A stretch of 64,000 bases of DNA from NCBI RefSeq assembly GCF_006345805.1, contig NC_043005.1:20522001-20586000 (forward strand), given 5' to 3'. Positions 62,365 to 64,000 of the stretch are shown here, piece by piece. The position numbers and the translations under genes were made by a program. Numbering within the stretch: position 1 is the stretch's first letter; every line of letters begins with the position of its first letter. The notes beneath the pieces were generated by a model that worked only from the letters and a program-made list of their open reading frames with translations, was not told where the DNA came from and ran no database searches. The DNA is from Octopus sinensis (lineage: Eukaryota).

Positions 62365-63223
62365 GTCAGTAGAGTGTTTTCACTTTATTTTATATGCGTG
62401 TGTATGCATGTGTGTTTGTTTGTATTTACACATATGTACATGTGTGTGTGTGTGTTTAAGCTAATAAAACTGGGAATGTTAAAAGCCAAAGAGTTCTAAT
62501 GTTTCTGTTGAGTTTTCAGCAGTTTCCTAATCCACTCAGTTACATCATGAAATTCAATACAGATATGTATATATGTGTGTGTGTGTCTTTTATCTTTTGC
62601 TTCTTTCAGTCATTTGACTGCTGCCTTGCTGAGGCCTTGAAGGGTTTTAGCTGAAGAAATTAACCCCAGGACTTATATTTTTAAAAGCCTGGTACTTATT
62701 TATTAGTGCCTTTTGCTGAACTGTTAAGTTACGGGGATGTAAGCACCAGTTATCAAGCAGTGGTGGTGGTACACACACAGACTCAAAGACACACACATAG
62801 ATATATACATATATATATGATGGGCTTCTTTTAGTTTCCGTCTACCAAATCCATTCATAAGGTTTTGGTCAGCCCAAGGCTATAGAAAACACTTGCTCAA
62901 GGTGTCAAGCAGTTGGACTGAACCCAGGACCATTTGGTTGGCCAGCAAGGATAGTGATGTAAAAACACCAACACTGGTTGTCAAATGGTGGTACAAATGC
63001 AGATACTAAGACACATACATATAGACATATATATATTTATATATATACACATATATATACATACATATCATCATCATCATCATCATCATCATTTAACGTT
63101 GCTTTCCATGCTAGCATGGGTTGGACGGTTCAACTGGGGTCTGGCAAGCCCGAAGGCTGCACCAGGCCAGTCAGATCTGGCAGTGTTTCTACAGCTGGAT
63201 GCCCTTCCTAACGCCAACCACTC

Positions 63224-63225
<2 letters not shown>

Positions 63226-63291
<66 letters not shown>

Positions 63292-63378
63292 GTATATATA
63301 CATATGTATATGTATACATACATACATACATACATACATACATACATACATACATACATACATACATACATACATACA
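63226..63378. repeat. (TA)n plus (TACA)n microsatellite
   Basis: Visible directly. Confidence 0.95.
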
Positions 63379-64000
63379 GGGTGCGATGGGTAAATTGTCA
63401 CCATTTTATATTTAATTTCATGTATGTGCATTGTATAGTATAGTAGGATCAACTGGGCACTGTCTGTGAAAAAAACAGCACCATGGCACAATTCACTCTG
63501 CCAGAAATTGGGAAATGACATGCTGTACTGCTTGGCATTTGCACCGGAAGCTCCGATGCAAACATTTTGGAGTGTTTAGGTGTCAATCTGAGGACAGAGC
63601 AGAGAGGATTCGGAAAGAGTTGGATGAGTCAAGGTGATTATGAAGGTATGGCAGCTCAGAAAACTCCCTCTGATTGTTCTGAGAAAAGAAAAGAACTCTT
63701 AAATTTGTTGGTGAGATCCAGGCTATGATTGATGATGGTCAATCTCCAAGTCAATCAGGTCCATCACCAGGGACATGGCAGTGTCTGAATTTCTTATTAA
63801 GCAGCTAGTACATGAAGAGATTCGATATTCTTCACATAAGATGAGAAAGGGCTTATCTTAATCCCAGGCCATCAAGGACAAGACAGAAAACCACACTATG
63901 AAGCTTTTGAACAAACTCAAGCATCACCTCCAACTGAACATGCTTTGATTTTTCTCAGATGAGAAAATTTCTGCCAGGATCAGATGATGAACACACAGAA
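63378..64000 (+). mobile_element. Tc1/mariner-superfamily transposon relic, 5' part; runs off the window
   Basis: ta|cagggtgcgatgggtaaattgtc TIR-like start; ...SIRSITRDMAVSEFLIKQLVHEEIRYSSHKMRKG...LLNKLKH...FFSDEK first-Asp motif. Confidence 0.75.

Noticed and set aside
1-64000. CRISPR-like arrays, rRNA, snRNA or prokaryotic operons
   Set aside because: None seen. The repeats are eukaryotic microsatellites, TEs and exon duplications.

Overview
This is AT-rich, microsatellite-dense animal genomic DNA. The repeat landscape looks like a coleoid cephalopod, probably Octopus (inference from SINE-like repeats and TE mix, not a database match). The main content is the interior of one large, apparently uncharacterised + strand gene or gene array. 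It consists of 14 small exons in three families: PAN/apple-type 'A' (5 copies), Sushi/CCP (5) and PAN/apple-type 'B' (4), in the order A1-C1-B1-A2-C2-B2-A3-C3-C4-B3-A4-C5-B4-A5. Every exon has AG/GT splice sites and is phase 1-1. Spliced together they give about 992 codons, with a 1-nt deletion in C2. No start, signal-peptide, transmembrane or dedicated terminal exon is visible, so the array probably continues past both window edges. Introns share fossil TE blocks (Penelope-like RT, L1/Tx1, RTE-like, SINE) that record tandem duplication of an A-C-B unit. Other intronic content: Penelope-like, RTE, L1/Tx1, CR1-group, R4-like, Ty3/gypsy and Tc1/mariner relics, a Helentron-type element, several foldback elements, a degenerate hammerhead ribozyme inside a direct-repeat element, and a 15.5-19.3 kb zone of nested inverted duplications that may be an assembly artefact. 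Exon coordinates were counted by hand from splice sites. TE boundaries are approximate.
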